Of a DNA stretch of 64,000 bases, positions 37,258 to 45,970 are shown in pieces; the stretch's first letter is position 1, and every line of letters begins with the position of its first letter. The notes below the pieces were generated by a model. That model worked only from the letters and a program-made list of their open reading frames with translations. It made no database searches and was not told the origin of the DNA. This DNA is from Bryobacterales bacterium (GTDB lineage Bacteria > Acidobacteriota > Terriglobia > Bryobacterales > Bryobacteraceae): NCBI GenBank assembly GCA_963838455.1, contig CAWISY010000142.1, forward strand, positions 21,763-85,762, in the 5' to 3' direction. A program made the translations under genes and the position numbers.

Positions 37258-37749
37258 ATGCAATCCCTCATTCAAGGCCGCGCTTATAAATTCGGGGATA
37301 ACATCAACTCCGACATTATCATCCCCGGCCGCTATTTGATCTACATCGAGCCGCAAAAGCTGGCCGAGCACGCGTTCGAAGTCCTGGGCCCGGAGTTCCC
37401 GGCGAAGCTGCGCAATTTCCAGATCCTGGTGGCCGGCCGTAACTTCGGCTGCGGCAGCGCGCGGGAGCAGGCCGCGACCGCCATTCAAGGGCTCGGAATC
37501 CAGGCCGTGATTGCGTGTTCCTTCGCCCGCACCTTTTATCGCAACGCGATTAACGACGGCCTGCCGATCTTTGAATGCCCCGAGATTTATCCCGCCGTCA
37601 CAGAAGGCGACGAGCTGTCGATCGACCTCGCCGCCAGCGCCATCGTCCATCAGGGAAATTCCTATGGCTTCCCGCAGTTCCCCGAATCCGTACGCAAGAT
37701 TTTGGAGTTGGGCGGGCTGGCTGCTTATTTGAAGACCCAGCTTTTATGA
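37258..37749 (+). CDS. leuD: 3-isopropylmalate (or homoaconitate) dehydratase small subunit
   Basis: AYKFGDNINSDIIIPGRYL, GRNFGCGSAREQA, FARTFYRNAINDGLPIFE. Confidence 0.8.
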   Translation: MQSLIQGRAYKFGDNINSDIIIPGRYLIYIEPQKLAEHAFEVLGPEFPAKLRNFQILVAGRNFGCGSAREQAATAIQGLGIQAVIACSFARTFYRNAINDGLPIFECPEIYPAVTEGDELSIDLAASAIVHQGNSYGFPQFPESVRKILELGGLAAYLKTQLL

Positions 37750-37773
37750 AGGGACCCTATAGACCTTCCTTTA

Positions 37774-37852
37774 AGCCCGCAAAACGGCCAAACCAGGTTC
37801 CAGTCCGGCGGAGCTCGCGCTCAGCGGACCGTCCCCGCGCCTTTGCGGGCTC
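37774..37852. repeat. structured intergenic repeat, copy 2
   Basis: Perfect 10-bp closing stem AGCCCGCAAA (37774-37783) / TTTGCGGGCT (37842-37851). Abuts the stop (37852-37854) of the minus-strand glycosyltransferase gene. Confidence 0.65.
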
Positions 37853-38637
37853 TATCGGGACTCGCTGTTGGCGTGGCGCAGCAACAGTTTCCAAGCGGTG
37901 TTGCGGCGTAATCCCGGCATCAGGACCAGGCGGAGCCAGAGCCGCACCAACTGCGAAAACGTCACGGCCAACGACTTAAGCCGGAAGAATTGGGACCGGC
38001 CGTGCAACCGTGGGTAATGACGCACACCCACCTCGACTACGTCGCAGTCGGTCATTTCCAGCCCGCGAACCAGCTCCACACAGATCGTGCCGGAAGTGGA
38101 GCTCAGCCGCAGCTCTTCCAGCAACGGGCGGCGAATCAGGCGGAAGTCGCAATCCACATCGCGCACGCGGATTCCGAATAAACACCGGGCGAAGGCATTG
38201 TAGGCGCTGCCGATCCAGATCCGATGCCAGGGGTCGTTCCGCACCAGCTTGTAGCCATTCACCAGGCCGACATTGCCGCGCAGGTGCGCCAAAAGGCAAG
38301 GGAGTTCCCCGACGTCGTATTGGCCGTCGCCATCGGTGTAAAACACCAGATCCTTGGTTGACGCGGCGAAGCCGGACCGCAGCGCCTGGCCGTATCCGAG
38401 GTTTTGGGCATGGGTGACCACCCTCAACCGCGGCCCGAACCGCTCCGCCAAGCCGGCGAGAACTTCGCCGGTCGCGTCCCGGCTTCCGTCATTCACCACA
38501 ATGACTTCATAATCAAGGACATGCTCGCCGAGCACCCGGAAGGTATTTTCGATCAGGCTGGGTAAAGACGGCGCGTCGTTGTAAGCGGGAAAGAAGACGC
38601 TTAGCGACGGGGCCGAAGCTGAAACGGAGTAGGGCAA
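37852..38637 (-). CDS. family 2 glycosyltransferase
   Basis: LSVFFPAYNDAPSLPSLI...YEVIVVNDGSRDATGEVL...YTDGDGQY. Confidence 0.85.
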   Translation of the reverse strand: MPYSVSASAPSLSVFFPAYNDAPSLPSLIENTFRVLGEHVLDYEVIVVNDGSRDATGEVLAGLAERFGPRLRVVTHAQNLGYGQALRSGFAASTKDLVFYTDGDGQYDVGELPCLLAHLRGNVGLVNGYKLVRNDPWHRIWIGSAYNAFARCLFGIRVRDVDCDFRLIRRPLLEELRLSSTSGTICVELVRGLEMTDCDVVEVGVRHYPRLHGRSQFFRLKSLAVTFSQLVRLWLRLVLMPGLRRNTAWKLLLRHANSESR

Positions 38638-38697
38638 CCGGTCCTGAACACTGTATCATAAACCGGGATGTGCCACATGGCAGGGTGATCCGAGGGA

Positions 38698-39318
38698 TTA
38701 CTGAGGCTGCTCGGGGGGTTTTGGGATTGCTCTCTCAGGCGGCCTGTCCTTGGGGGCGTCGTGGCTTTTAGGCGGCGTTGTCACCTTTAAAGGACTGATC
38801 AGCACGTGGGCGTTCTTGCCTTCCAGGCGCGGCTGCCCTTCAACTGACCCGACCTGCGAGAGGTCCGCGGCGAAACGCAGCAGCAACTTTTTGCCTAAGT
38901 CGACGTGGGCGATTTCACGGCCGCGGAATTGCACCACCGCCTTGACGCGATTTCCCTCATTCAGGAAGCGGACCGCGTGGTTCTTCTTGAAGTCGTAGTC
39001 GTGGTCATCCGTATTGGGGCGAAACTTGATTTCCTTGACTTGAATGACGTGCTGCTTTTTTTTCGCTTCGTGCTGTTTCTTCTTGTTTTCGTACTGCCAT
39101 TGCCCGTAATCCATGGCCTTGGCCACAGGAGGCTCAGCAGTGGGTGCGATCAGGATCAGATCCAGACCCAGTTCCTGAGCCTTGCGTACAGCTTGCAGGG
39201 TGGGCATGATCTCGACGGAACCATCCGGGAACACAGCGCGAACTTCGCGCGCGCGAATCGCCTCGTTTACGTTATCGCGGACCTTCGGCCGGCGGGGCGG
39301 GAAGCCTCTTGGAATCAT
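38698..39318 (-). CDS. infC: translation initiation factor IF-3
   Basis: NEAIRAREVRAVFPDGS...LDLILIAPTAEPPVAKAMDYGQWQYE...IKFRPNTDDHDYDFK...VQFRGREI. Start placed at ATG 39318 (MIPRGF). The long upstream ORF extension is rejected. Confidence 0.85.
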   Translation of the reverse strand: MIPRGFPPRRPKVRDNVNEAIRAREVRAVFPDGSVEIMPTLQAVRKAQELGLDLILIAPTAEPPVAKAMDYGQWQYENKKKQHEAKKKQHVIQVKEIKFRPNTDDHDYDFKKNHAVRFLNEGNRVKAVVQFRGREIAHVDLGKKLLLRFAADLSQVGSVEGQPRLEGKNAHVLISPLKVTTPPKSHDAPKDRPPERAIPKPPEQPQ

Positions 39319-39612
39319 TCGCGGACGGCCTGCGGAACTGCTACCGGCGAGAGCATCATGACCAAATATTACCAGATCTGAAGCCTGACAGTAAGTAATT
39401 TTACCGGTAACCCGGGGGCTTCCGGTGTCGTATAATACAAGCGGAAGACGTTCCCGCGTTTGGACAGCTCCTCGCGCCACGCTGCCGCGGCCCGGAGTCA
39501 TTGAGTTCTCTTCCGAGGAGAGATTTTCCACTTTGAAAACTCTCCGCCGACGAGAAGGGGTATGTTCAGTGGGCCCACGTGAGACCACTAAATCAATCCA
39601 TGGAGATTAAAA

Positions 39613-40083
39613 ATGCAGCGTACCCTCGTTTGTGTCATCTTAAGCGCCGTTAGTATTCCGGCCGCTTCCCTTTGGGCAGGTTCGCCCGTTTCCACGTCCT
39701 CGGACCAATTCGCCAGCCAGATCGCCGATCAGGCCTACCGCGTCGGAACCGCAGCGGACTCTCTGCAAGGCTACATTCGTAGCGGAGCCGAGGGCCGCAG
39801 CGCCTACGTCTACGCCCACAACATGCAGGTCAGCGCGAAAAAGCTGGTCTCGTTGGCCGATAAAGCCGCCTCTCGGACCGGTATCGCTGGCGATGCCCGC
39901 GTGCAAGCCGAAAAAATGAAGGTGCAGGCCGCTGGCTTGAACGCCATGGTCAACGGTACCGTGTCCGAGCTCAAGCCCGGCCGGTTCGCGGCCAATGCCG
40001 ATGTCATCTTCGCCGACACCACCAACATCGAGAACCGTAGCAACACTCTTCGCGCCGCGGCTCAAAACTTCCCCGCGAATTAA
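39613..40083 (+). CDS. secreted helical protein, paralog A
   Basis: Signal peptide ...IPAASLWA. Roughly one third of residues match the gene at 40394 in a by-eye alignment (SQIADQAY, YIRSGA, EKMKVQAA). Confidence 0.6.
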   Translation: MQRTLVCVILSAVSIPAASLWAGSPVSTSSDQFASQIADQAYRVGTAADSLQGYIRSGAEGRSAYVYAHNMQVSAKKLVSLADKAASRTGIAGDARVQAEKMKVQAAGLNAMVNGTVSELKPGRFAANADVIFADTTNIENRSNTLRAAAQNFPAN

Positions 40084-40114
40084 TTCGGTCTGCCTTAAAC
40101 GGGCGGCCGGATTT

Positions 40115-40176
40115 AACAGGCGACAGGTTGGATTCTCTCTTCTGAGGATCTCATCTGCCGCCTGTTTTCTTTTTCC
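40115..40176 (+). terminator. putative intrinsic terminator
   Basis: AACAGGCGACAG / CTGCCGCCTGTT stem (11/12) with a 28-nt loop, followed by TTTTCTTTTT. Confidence 0.45.
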
Positions 40177-40393
40177 GCAAACGTGTTCGGAGCAGCCTGT
40201 AACCACGGCTTCCGGAGCAACGTTATATCAATTGTAAGAAGTACCCCCGTAGGAACAACTCCCCGCGCAACGGACGCGGCCCGGAGCGAGAGTTCTTCTT
40301 CGCAAGACAGTTTTCCAAGAAGGCTTTCCACGAGAACAGGAGGAGTGTCTCCGCGTGGCGAAAAAAACCGGAAATAAGGAGATTTTGAGAGAA

Positions 40394-40873
40394 ATGAGAC
40401 GCAGCCTTTTGTCTTCCATCTTTGTCGCGGCGCTGGTTCCGGCCGCTTCCATCTGGGCAGCCCCCAACGCCGCCGCCCCCTCCAACCCATACCTGAGCCA
40501 GATCGCAGAGCAGACCTACCAGATCCAGGCCAAGGCCGATCGTCTCGAGCGCTACACGCGCAGTGGCGCGCATGATTCCGTGTACGCTGCAGGCTTGGCC
40601 TGGGACATGGCCGGGAGCACGCAGAAGCTGGCCGGGCTGCTGGATCAGTACGTCTCGCAGCCGGGTACCACCAATGAGACGCGCCAGCAGGTGGAGCGGA
40701 TGAAGGTCTCGGTGGCGGAACTGGAAGCGTTCGTCGGCAACGCCGCGCAAAATCTGGATGCGCCCGCCATGGTTCTACATACGCCGGATATTCTGGCCAG
40801 CGTGTTGAACATTGTCGATCGCGGCAACATGCTCCGCGCCACCACACACATCCTGGCCCGCATCACGAATTAA
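40394..40873 (+). CDS. secreted helical protein, paralog B
   Basis: Signal peptide ...VPAASIWA, then SQIAEQTY, YTRSGA, ERMKVSVA. AAGGAG lies 9 nt upstream of ATG 40394. Confidence 0.6.
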   Translation: MRRSLLSSIFVAALVPAASIWAAPNAAAPSNPYLSQIAEQTYQIQAKADRLERYTRSGAHDSVYAAGLAWDMAGSTQKLAGLLDQYVSQPGTTNETRQQVERMKVSVAELEAFVGNAAQNLDAPAMVLHTPDILASVLNIVDRGNMLRATTHILARITN

Positions 40874-40991
40874 CTCTTTTCGGGAACTCGCGCACAACGG
40901 ACGCGTTGGCCGCGGCCAAGTCCGCCGAGTTCCTTTTCGTTTGGCGCCGCAACCAGCGGCCTGTGCGCTTCTGTTGGTCCCCCCTTTCTTT

Positions 40992-41036
40992 CAGGCGGCC
41001 CGGGCTTCTGCCTTCGGCCGCCTGTTTTGTTTTTTC
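40992..41036 (+). terminator. intrinsic terminator
   Basis: CAGGCGGCC-15 nt-GGCCGCCTG followed by TTTTGTTTTTT. Confidence 0.65.
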
Positions 41037-41071
41037 TGGCGCGTTTTCCGCGCGCGCTAAAATAACCTGCA

Positions 41072-42340
41072 GTGTCTCCTTCCTGGCGCCGCTACATCCG
41101 CACGCAAGATTTCGTTTGGTTGCTACTGTTCGCCACCTTGATCGTGGTGGCCCGGGTCATGGTTCAACTGGGAACGGATCATCCTCCGGGAGCCGTGGTT
41201 CCCGCGCTGCTGGTGGTGATGTTCGTCAGCAAGGTGCTGGAATCGCGGATTGGCGCGATTCTGGCCATTATCATCGAACTGGCTCTGTCTTTCGGAATCA
41301 TTTGGGATAGCGGCAACATCGAGAGCACCTTTTATCTGCTCCCGCTGCTTCCCGTAATTTCCGCCGCAACCAACTTCGGACTTCGCGGGACCGTGCTGTC
41401 CGTGCTGGCGGCCTGCGGCGTGGTTTACTCGCAGGTCATCTTCATCAGCGAGCAATACTACATTCCCAGGAACGCATATCCGGAGCTGATGCTCAAGCTG
41501 CTTTGGTTTCCGCTGGTGGGCTTTTCCACGTATCAGCTTGCCAAGGCGAATCGCGAAAAAACACTCAAGCTGGAGGCCAGCGCGAAGGAACTCGCCGAAG
41601 CCAATCAAAATCTCCAGGAAGCCGAAGCTGAGGTGCGCCGCTCGGAGCGCCTGGCTGCGCTGGGGCAATTGACCGCCGGACTGGCGCATGAGCTGCGCAA
41701 TCCGCTCGGCACCATGAAGAGCTCCGCGGAACTGCTGGGGCGGCAGGTGGCCAAGGAAAACGAAATCGCCAAAGAGATGGCCGGCTACATCGCGACGGAG
41801 GTCGACCGCACCAACTCTCTCATCACCCGCTTCCTCGATTTCGCCCGGCCCCAACATCTGCGGCTGGAAACCGGCGACATCACCGAGCTGCTCGATTCCG
41901 TCATTGCCCGGTTCGAGCGCGAGTCCGGCGCGGCAACCTCGGTTTCGGTTTACAAAAATTACTCGCCCGACGTCCCCAAGGTCGCCTTTGATGCGGAGCT
42001 GCTGGAGCGCGCGCTGCTGAACCTGGTGGTCAACGCCGCGCAAGCCAGTGCCGCCGGCTCCGTCGTGACGGTGAAGACCCGGGCCGTCGAAACCAGCACC
42101 GGGCCGGGCGTCGAGATCGCGGTGATCGACCGCGGCGCCGGCATCGACGCCAGGAATCTGGAGAGCATCTTCAATCCCTTCTTCACCACCAAGTCGAGCG
42201 GCGTCGGGCTGGGCCTGGCCATCGTTTCCAAAATCATCGACGAGCATGGAGGCCAGATCGCGGTGGAGAGCGCCGTGGGCGAAGGCAGCGTGTTTCGCGT
42301 TTATTTGCCGGCCGTGAGAGAGCCTGTCGTGAGAGAGTAA
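41072..42340 (+). CDS. sensor histidine kinase (membrane N-terminus, HisKA + HATPase_c)
   Basis: LGQLTAGLAHELRNPL H-box, N-box LLNLVVNAAQA, G-boxes DRGAGI and GVGLGLAI. GTG start. Confidence 0.85.
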   Translation: MSPSWRRYIRTQDFVWLLLFATLIVVARVMVQLGTDHPPGAVVPALLVVMFVSKVLESRIGAILAIIIELALSFGIIWDSGNIESTFYLLPLLPVISAATNFGLRGTVLSVLAACGVVYSQVIFISEQYYIPRNAYPELMLKLLWFPLVGFSTYQLAKANREKTLKLEASAKELAEANQNLQEAEAEVRRSERLAALGQLTAGLAHELRNPLGTMKSSAELLGRQVAKENEIAKEMAGYIATEVDRTNSLITRFLDFARPQHLRLETGDITELLDSVIARFERESGAATSVSVYKNYSPDVPKVAFDAELLERALLNLVVNAAQASAAGSVVTVKTRAVETSTGPGVEIAVIDRGAGIDARNLESIFNPFFTTKSSGVGLGLAIVSKIIDEHGGQIAVESAVGEGSVFRVYLPAVREPVVRE

Positions 42341-42351
42341 AAGAAGAACGA

Positions 42352-43683
42352 ATGTCCGTAATCCTGGTTATCGAAGACGAAGAGAAGTATCGCCGCGTGA
42401 TTAGCCTGCACTTGTCCTCGGTGGGTTACGAAGTCAAAGCCGCGGGTTCCGCCGAGGAGGGTTTGAAACACGCCGGAGATGCCGATCTGGTCCTGACCGA
42501 TCTCAAGCTGCCGGGCATGGACGGCCTCGCCTTCCTGGAACAACTGCGCGCGCAGAACATGCTGACGCCGGTCATCGTGATGTCGGCCTTCGGCACCGTC
42601 GAAATCGCGGTCGAGGCGATGAAGAAGGGTGCCGTCGATTTTCTCCCCAAGCCGTTTTCGCTGGACCATCTCACCGTGGTGGTGGAAAAGGCCCTGGAAG
42701 TCCGCCGCCTGCGCGATGAAAATCGCGAGCTGCGCGAGGCCCTGGGCGAGAAATATCAGTTCGAGAACATCATCGGACACAGCGCCGCGATGCAGGAGAT
42801 CTTCTCGACCGTCACGCGCGTCGCGCCCACCCGCGCCACCGTCCTGCTGGGCGGAGAAAGCGGCGTCGGCAAGGATATGATCGCGCGCGCGATCCATCAA
42901 CACTCCCCGCGCAAGGACCGCCCCTTCGTCAAGATCAACTGCGCCGCGCTGCCCGAAAATCTGATGGAAAGCGAGCTGTTCGGCTACGAAAAGGGCGCCT
43001 TCACCGGAGCCAACATCTCCAAGCCCGGCAAATTCGAAGCCGCCAACACCGGCACCGTTTTTCTGGATGAAATCGGCGACGTGCCGCTGGCCATTCAAGT
43101 CAAACTGCTGCGCGTTTTGCAGGAGCGTGAGTTTGAGCGGCTGGGCTCCAACCGGGTTCTGCACGTCGACGTGCGCGTAGTCGCGGCCACCAACGTCGAT
43201 CTGCGCGAGGCGCTGGAGCAGGGGACTTTCCGCGAGGATCTCTACTACCGCCTCAACGTCGTCAGCATCAACATCCCGCCCCTGCGCGAACGCAAGGAAG
43301 ACATCCCCTACCTGGTCGATCACTTCGCCGAAAAATTCGGCGGCAAATTCACGGAAGCCGCAGTCGAGCGATTGTTGGCGTACCATTGGCCGGGCAACGT
43401 CCGCGAGCTGGAAAACGTGGTCGAGCGCAGCGTGCTGCTGGCCCCGTCGGGCGGACAAGTGGATGCCGCCGATATCCGCATCGACACCGCCCAGCGCTCC
43501 CGCCCCGCCGCCGCGACCGCCGACGGCTTTCTTCCCGAAGGCATGACGCTGGATCAATTCGAGCAGCACCTGATCCGCGAGGCCCTGAAGCGAGCCAACG
43601 GCAACAAGAGCCACGCCGCGCGGCTTCTCGGCCTCACCCGCAACGCGTTACGCTACCGGCTTACGCAGATGGGGATTGAGTGA
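42352..43683 (+). CDS. sigma54-dependent response regulator (NtrC family)
   Basis: Receiver (LVLTDLKLPGMDG), AAA+ (GESGVGKD, GAFTGA, ESELFGYEKGAFTGA) and a C-terminal Fis-type HTH (AARLLGLTRNALRYRL). Confidence 0.9.
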   Translation: MSVILVIEDEEKYRRVISLHLSSVGYEVKAAGSAEEGLKHAGDADLVLTDLKLPGMDGLAFLEQLRAQNMLTPVIVMSAFGTVEIAVEAMKKGAVDFLPKPFSLDHLTVVVEKALEVRRLRDENRELREALGEKYQFENIIGHSAAMQEIFSTVTRVAPTRATVLLGGESGVGKDMIARAIHQHSPRKDRPFVKINCAALPENLMESELFGYEKGAFTGANISKPGKFEAANTGTVFLDEIGDVPLAIQVKLLRVLQEREFERLGSNRVLHVDVRVVAATNVDLREALEQGTFREDLYYRLNVVSINIPPLRERKEDIPYLVDHFAEKFGGKFTEAAVERLLAYHWPGNVRELENVVERSVLLAPSGGQVDAADIRIDTAQRSRPAAATADGFLPEGMTLDQFEQHLIREALKRANGNKSHAARLLGLTRNALRYRLTQMGIE

Positions 43684-43704
43684 AGCCGTGTGCGGTTTAC
43701 AATA

Positions 43705-44296
43705 GTGCAGGGCACTCGGAGGGACGACGGACTACCAACACGACGTTTTCTTCAGCTATAAGCGGCACAGCTTAACGCTTGAGTGGACCCGAAGGGTCCA
43801 CGGTCAATTGCAATTCTGGCTCTCGCAAGAACTGGGCCGAGAGGCAAATGTGTTCGTCGACGAGGAGAGCATTGAAACCGGCGAGCGATGGCCAGCGCGC
43901 CTGAAGGACGGACTGCGCCATTCGCGTTGTATGGTTTCGGTCTGGTCGCCTTCATACTTCAACTCAGCTTGGTGCATGTCGGAGTGGAGAAGCTTCCGCA
44001 AACGGGAAGACGCCATAGGCCTCAAATCCCATGGTCTCATCGCGCCAATGCGGTTCGGCGACGGAGAGTTTTTCCCAGAGGAGGCTCGGTCAGTTCAATG
44101 GACTGATGTCGCACCCTACACGTCGCTACTGCCAGCGTTTTGGACAAGCCATCGCGCGCTTGAACTCGAAGATCGCCTTAAGGAATTCGCAATGGCTGTG
44201 GCCAAAATCGTCGCCAGCGCGCCAACGTTTCAAGACTGGCCAATTGTGGAAGCGCCCGGCTTGGCTCTGGCCAGGATTGGGCTGGCCAAACTATGA
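43705..44296 (+). CDS. TIR-domain protein (start unresolved)
   Basis: Frame open from 43706. Translation HDVFFSYKRH...VFVDEESIETGERW...MVSVWSPSYFNSAWCMSEW carries TIR beta-A, BB-loop and alpha-C Glu hallmarks. The first canonical in-frame start is TTG 43808, which would delete beta-A. GTG 43705 is one base out of frame. Confidence 0.7.
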
Positions 44297-45957
44297 CCAC
44301 TCCGATCCGTCAGAAGGAGCCCGGGATCGTTTACACGTTTTATTCGTTCAAGGGTGGCGTGGGGCGCACCATGGCGCTGGCCAACGTCGCAGCTTTGCTC
44401 GCCGAATGGGGTCATTCGGTCCTCGTCGTCGACTGGGATATCGAGGCGCCGGGACTGGAACGCTTCTTCGACGCGATGAAGCCCGGCATCCGGAGGGTTC
44501 GCTCCGAGGTACCGGGAATCGTAGATCTAGTCGACGCGAAGCGGACACCCACGGAGCTGGATTGGCGACGTTGCCTTATCGACATTAGGCCCGGACGGCT
44601 CGCGCTGATATCCGCTGGTCAGAATGGCCAACCCTACACATCCCGCCTTCACGCAATCAACTTCAACGAGCTCTTCGAGAATTATGACCTCGGGGCTTAC
44701 ATAGAGAAGCTCAGGAACGAGTGGATCTCCGAATACGACTTTGTCCTCGTGGATAGCCGCACCGGCTTCACGGACATCGGGGGTATCTGCACGGTCCATC
44801 TCGCCGATGTCCTTGTCCTCCTGTTCACCACAACGGAGTCAAGCGTAGGCGGCGCCTTGTCCGTCCTGGAGCGGGCCAGAACCGCACAAGAGCACCTCCC
44901 CGTAGATCGACGCCGGCTTCTTGCCGTGCCTGTGCCGGCAAGAGACGAGAGCCGGACCGAATACTTGAGAGCAGCTGGCTGGAAAAGAGAGTTTGCTAGC
45001 CGTTTCACTGAACTGTATCGAGACTGGCTGCCAAGCGCCGTCACTCCAGAAGAAGCGGTCGAGCGTTTGCGCATACCCTACATTCCTTACTGGAGCTTTG
45101 GCGAACGCTTGCCGGCGATCGAAGAGTCCACAAACGATCCCGCAAGCTTGGGCCACGCATATGAGATCCTTGCCCGCCTCCTCGCCGCACGACTGGACTG
45201 GTCGGCAGCCCTGCAGGGCGAGGCCGCCGCTCCGCCGCCCATGCCGCGGAGGTCGCCAAATGAGGATTGGTTGACCCGCCACCGGACAGCCGCAGCCGAA
45301 GGGCTCGCGATGGCAATGCTGACCGGCTTTATCGAGGTGTTACACTTCTCACCGGACTCGCCAATCTCCAAGGGCCAAGCCGATCTATTGACCGCTGCAA
45401 GGCAGGCGCAAGTCCAGCAGCACGGGAGACCGACTGGGATGGTTCTGGACGGGGTGGATTCGCCGAGGGCGATGAACGACGGCATTGTCGCGAACATCTC
45501 GAACTTCGGAACATTCGAGTATTGGGCCTTGGCCAGGAATGGCGACTTCTACTCCCTAATGTCGCTGGACGATGATATTTCGGAGGAACCAGGCCGCTAC
45601 ATTCGAATTGACCGAAGCATCCTACGGGCGACGGAAACGCTAATGCACTGCGGAAGGTTGTATAAGCTCCTCGGCGTGCCCCCACACGCCCATGTGGAGA
45701 TCTCGCTTCGTTATGGCGGGATTGATGGGCGCGTTCTTCGAGTTGGAGAACGCTCGGGCTGGACTCCGGAGCCGCCTCGCGCGATCGAAGAGGAGGCCGT
45801 CATCCCCATTGTCTCCTTCACGCTCGCGGAGCTGGATGACCGGATTGTTCAACTTGTCAAAGCGCTCTGCGAGCCGCTCTTTGTTCTCTTCAATTTCGTC
45901 AGCGTTAGCGATCAGCGCTACTCGGCAATCGTGAGCAACATCTTCGCCGGGAAGTAG
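44293..45957 (+). CDS. ParA/MinD-like (SIMIBI) ATPase with variant P-loop KGGVGRT and uncharacterised C-terminal domain
   Basis: FYSFKGGVGRTMALANVA, VLVVDWDIEAPG and DFVLVDSRTG, then ~230 aa with no recognised motif. ATG overlaps the TIR stop (ATGA at 44293-44296). Confidence 0.8.
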   Translation: MTTPIRQKEPGIVYTFYSFKGGVGRTMALANVAALLAEWGHSVLVVDWDIEAPGLERFFDAMKPGIRRVRSEVPGIVDLVDAKRTPTELDWRRCLIDIRPGRLALISAGQNGQPYTSRLHAINFNELFENYDLGAYIEKLRNEWISEYDFVLVDSRTGFTDIGGICTVHLADVLVLLFTTTESSVGGALSVLERARTAQEHLPVDRRRLLAVPVPARDESRTEYLRAAGWKREFASRFTELYRDWLPSAVTPEEAVERLRIPYIPYWSFGERLPAIEESTNDPASLGHAYEILARLLAARLDWSAALQGEAAAPPPMPRRSPNEDWLTRHRTAAAEGLAMAMLTGFIEVLHFSPDSPISKGQADLLTAARQAQVQQHGRPTGMVLDGVDSPRAMNDGIVANISNFGTFEYWALARNGDFYSLMSLDDDISEEPGRYIRIDRSILRATETLMHCGRLYKLLGVPPHAHVEISLRYGGIDGRVLRVGERSGWTPEPPRAIEEEAVIPIVSFTLAELDDRIVQLVKALCEPLFVLFNFVSVSDQRYSAIVSNIFAGK

Positions 45958-45970
45958 ATTCGGCCAAGCT

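Noticed and set aside
39461-39476. TGGACA-N5-TCGC, -24/-12-like element upstream of the first secreted paralog
   Set aside because: The GG/GC spacing is correct, but three of six -24 positions and one -12 position deviate. That is too weak to call without a PWM score or transcription start data.
38698-39588. 296-aa version of the IF-3 ORF
   Set aside because: The N-terminal 90 codons have no IF-3 similarity. Conserved IF-3 sequence begins just after ATG 39318.
41123-43614. ORFs 41123-42247 (-) and 42301-43614 (-), antisense to the histidine kinase and the sigma54 regulator
   Set aside because: The opposite strand carries complete, motif-rich two-component genes. The antisense translations are compositionally biased and motif-free.
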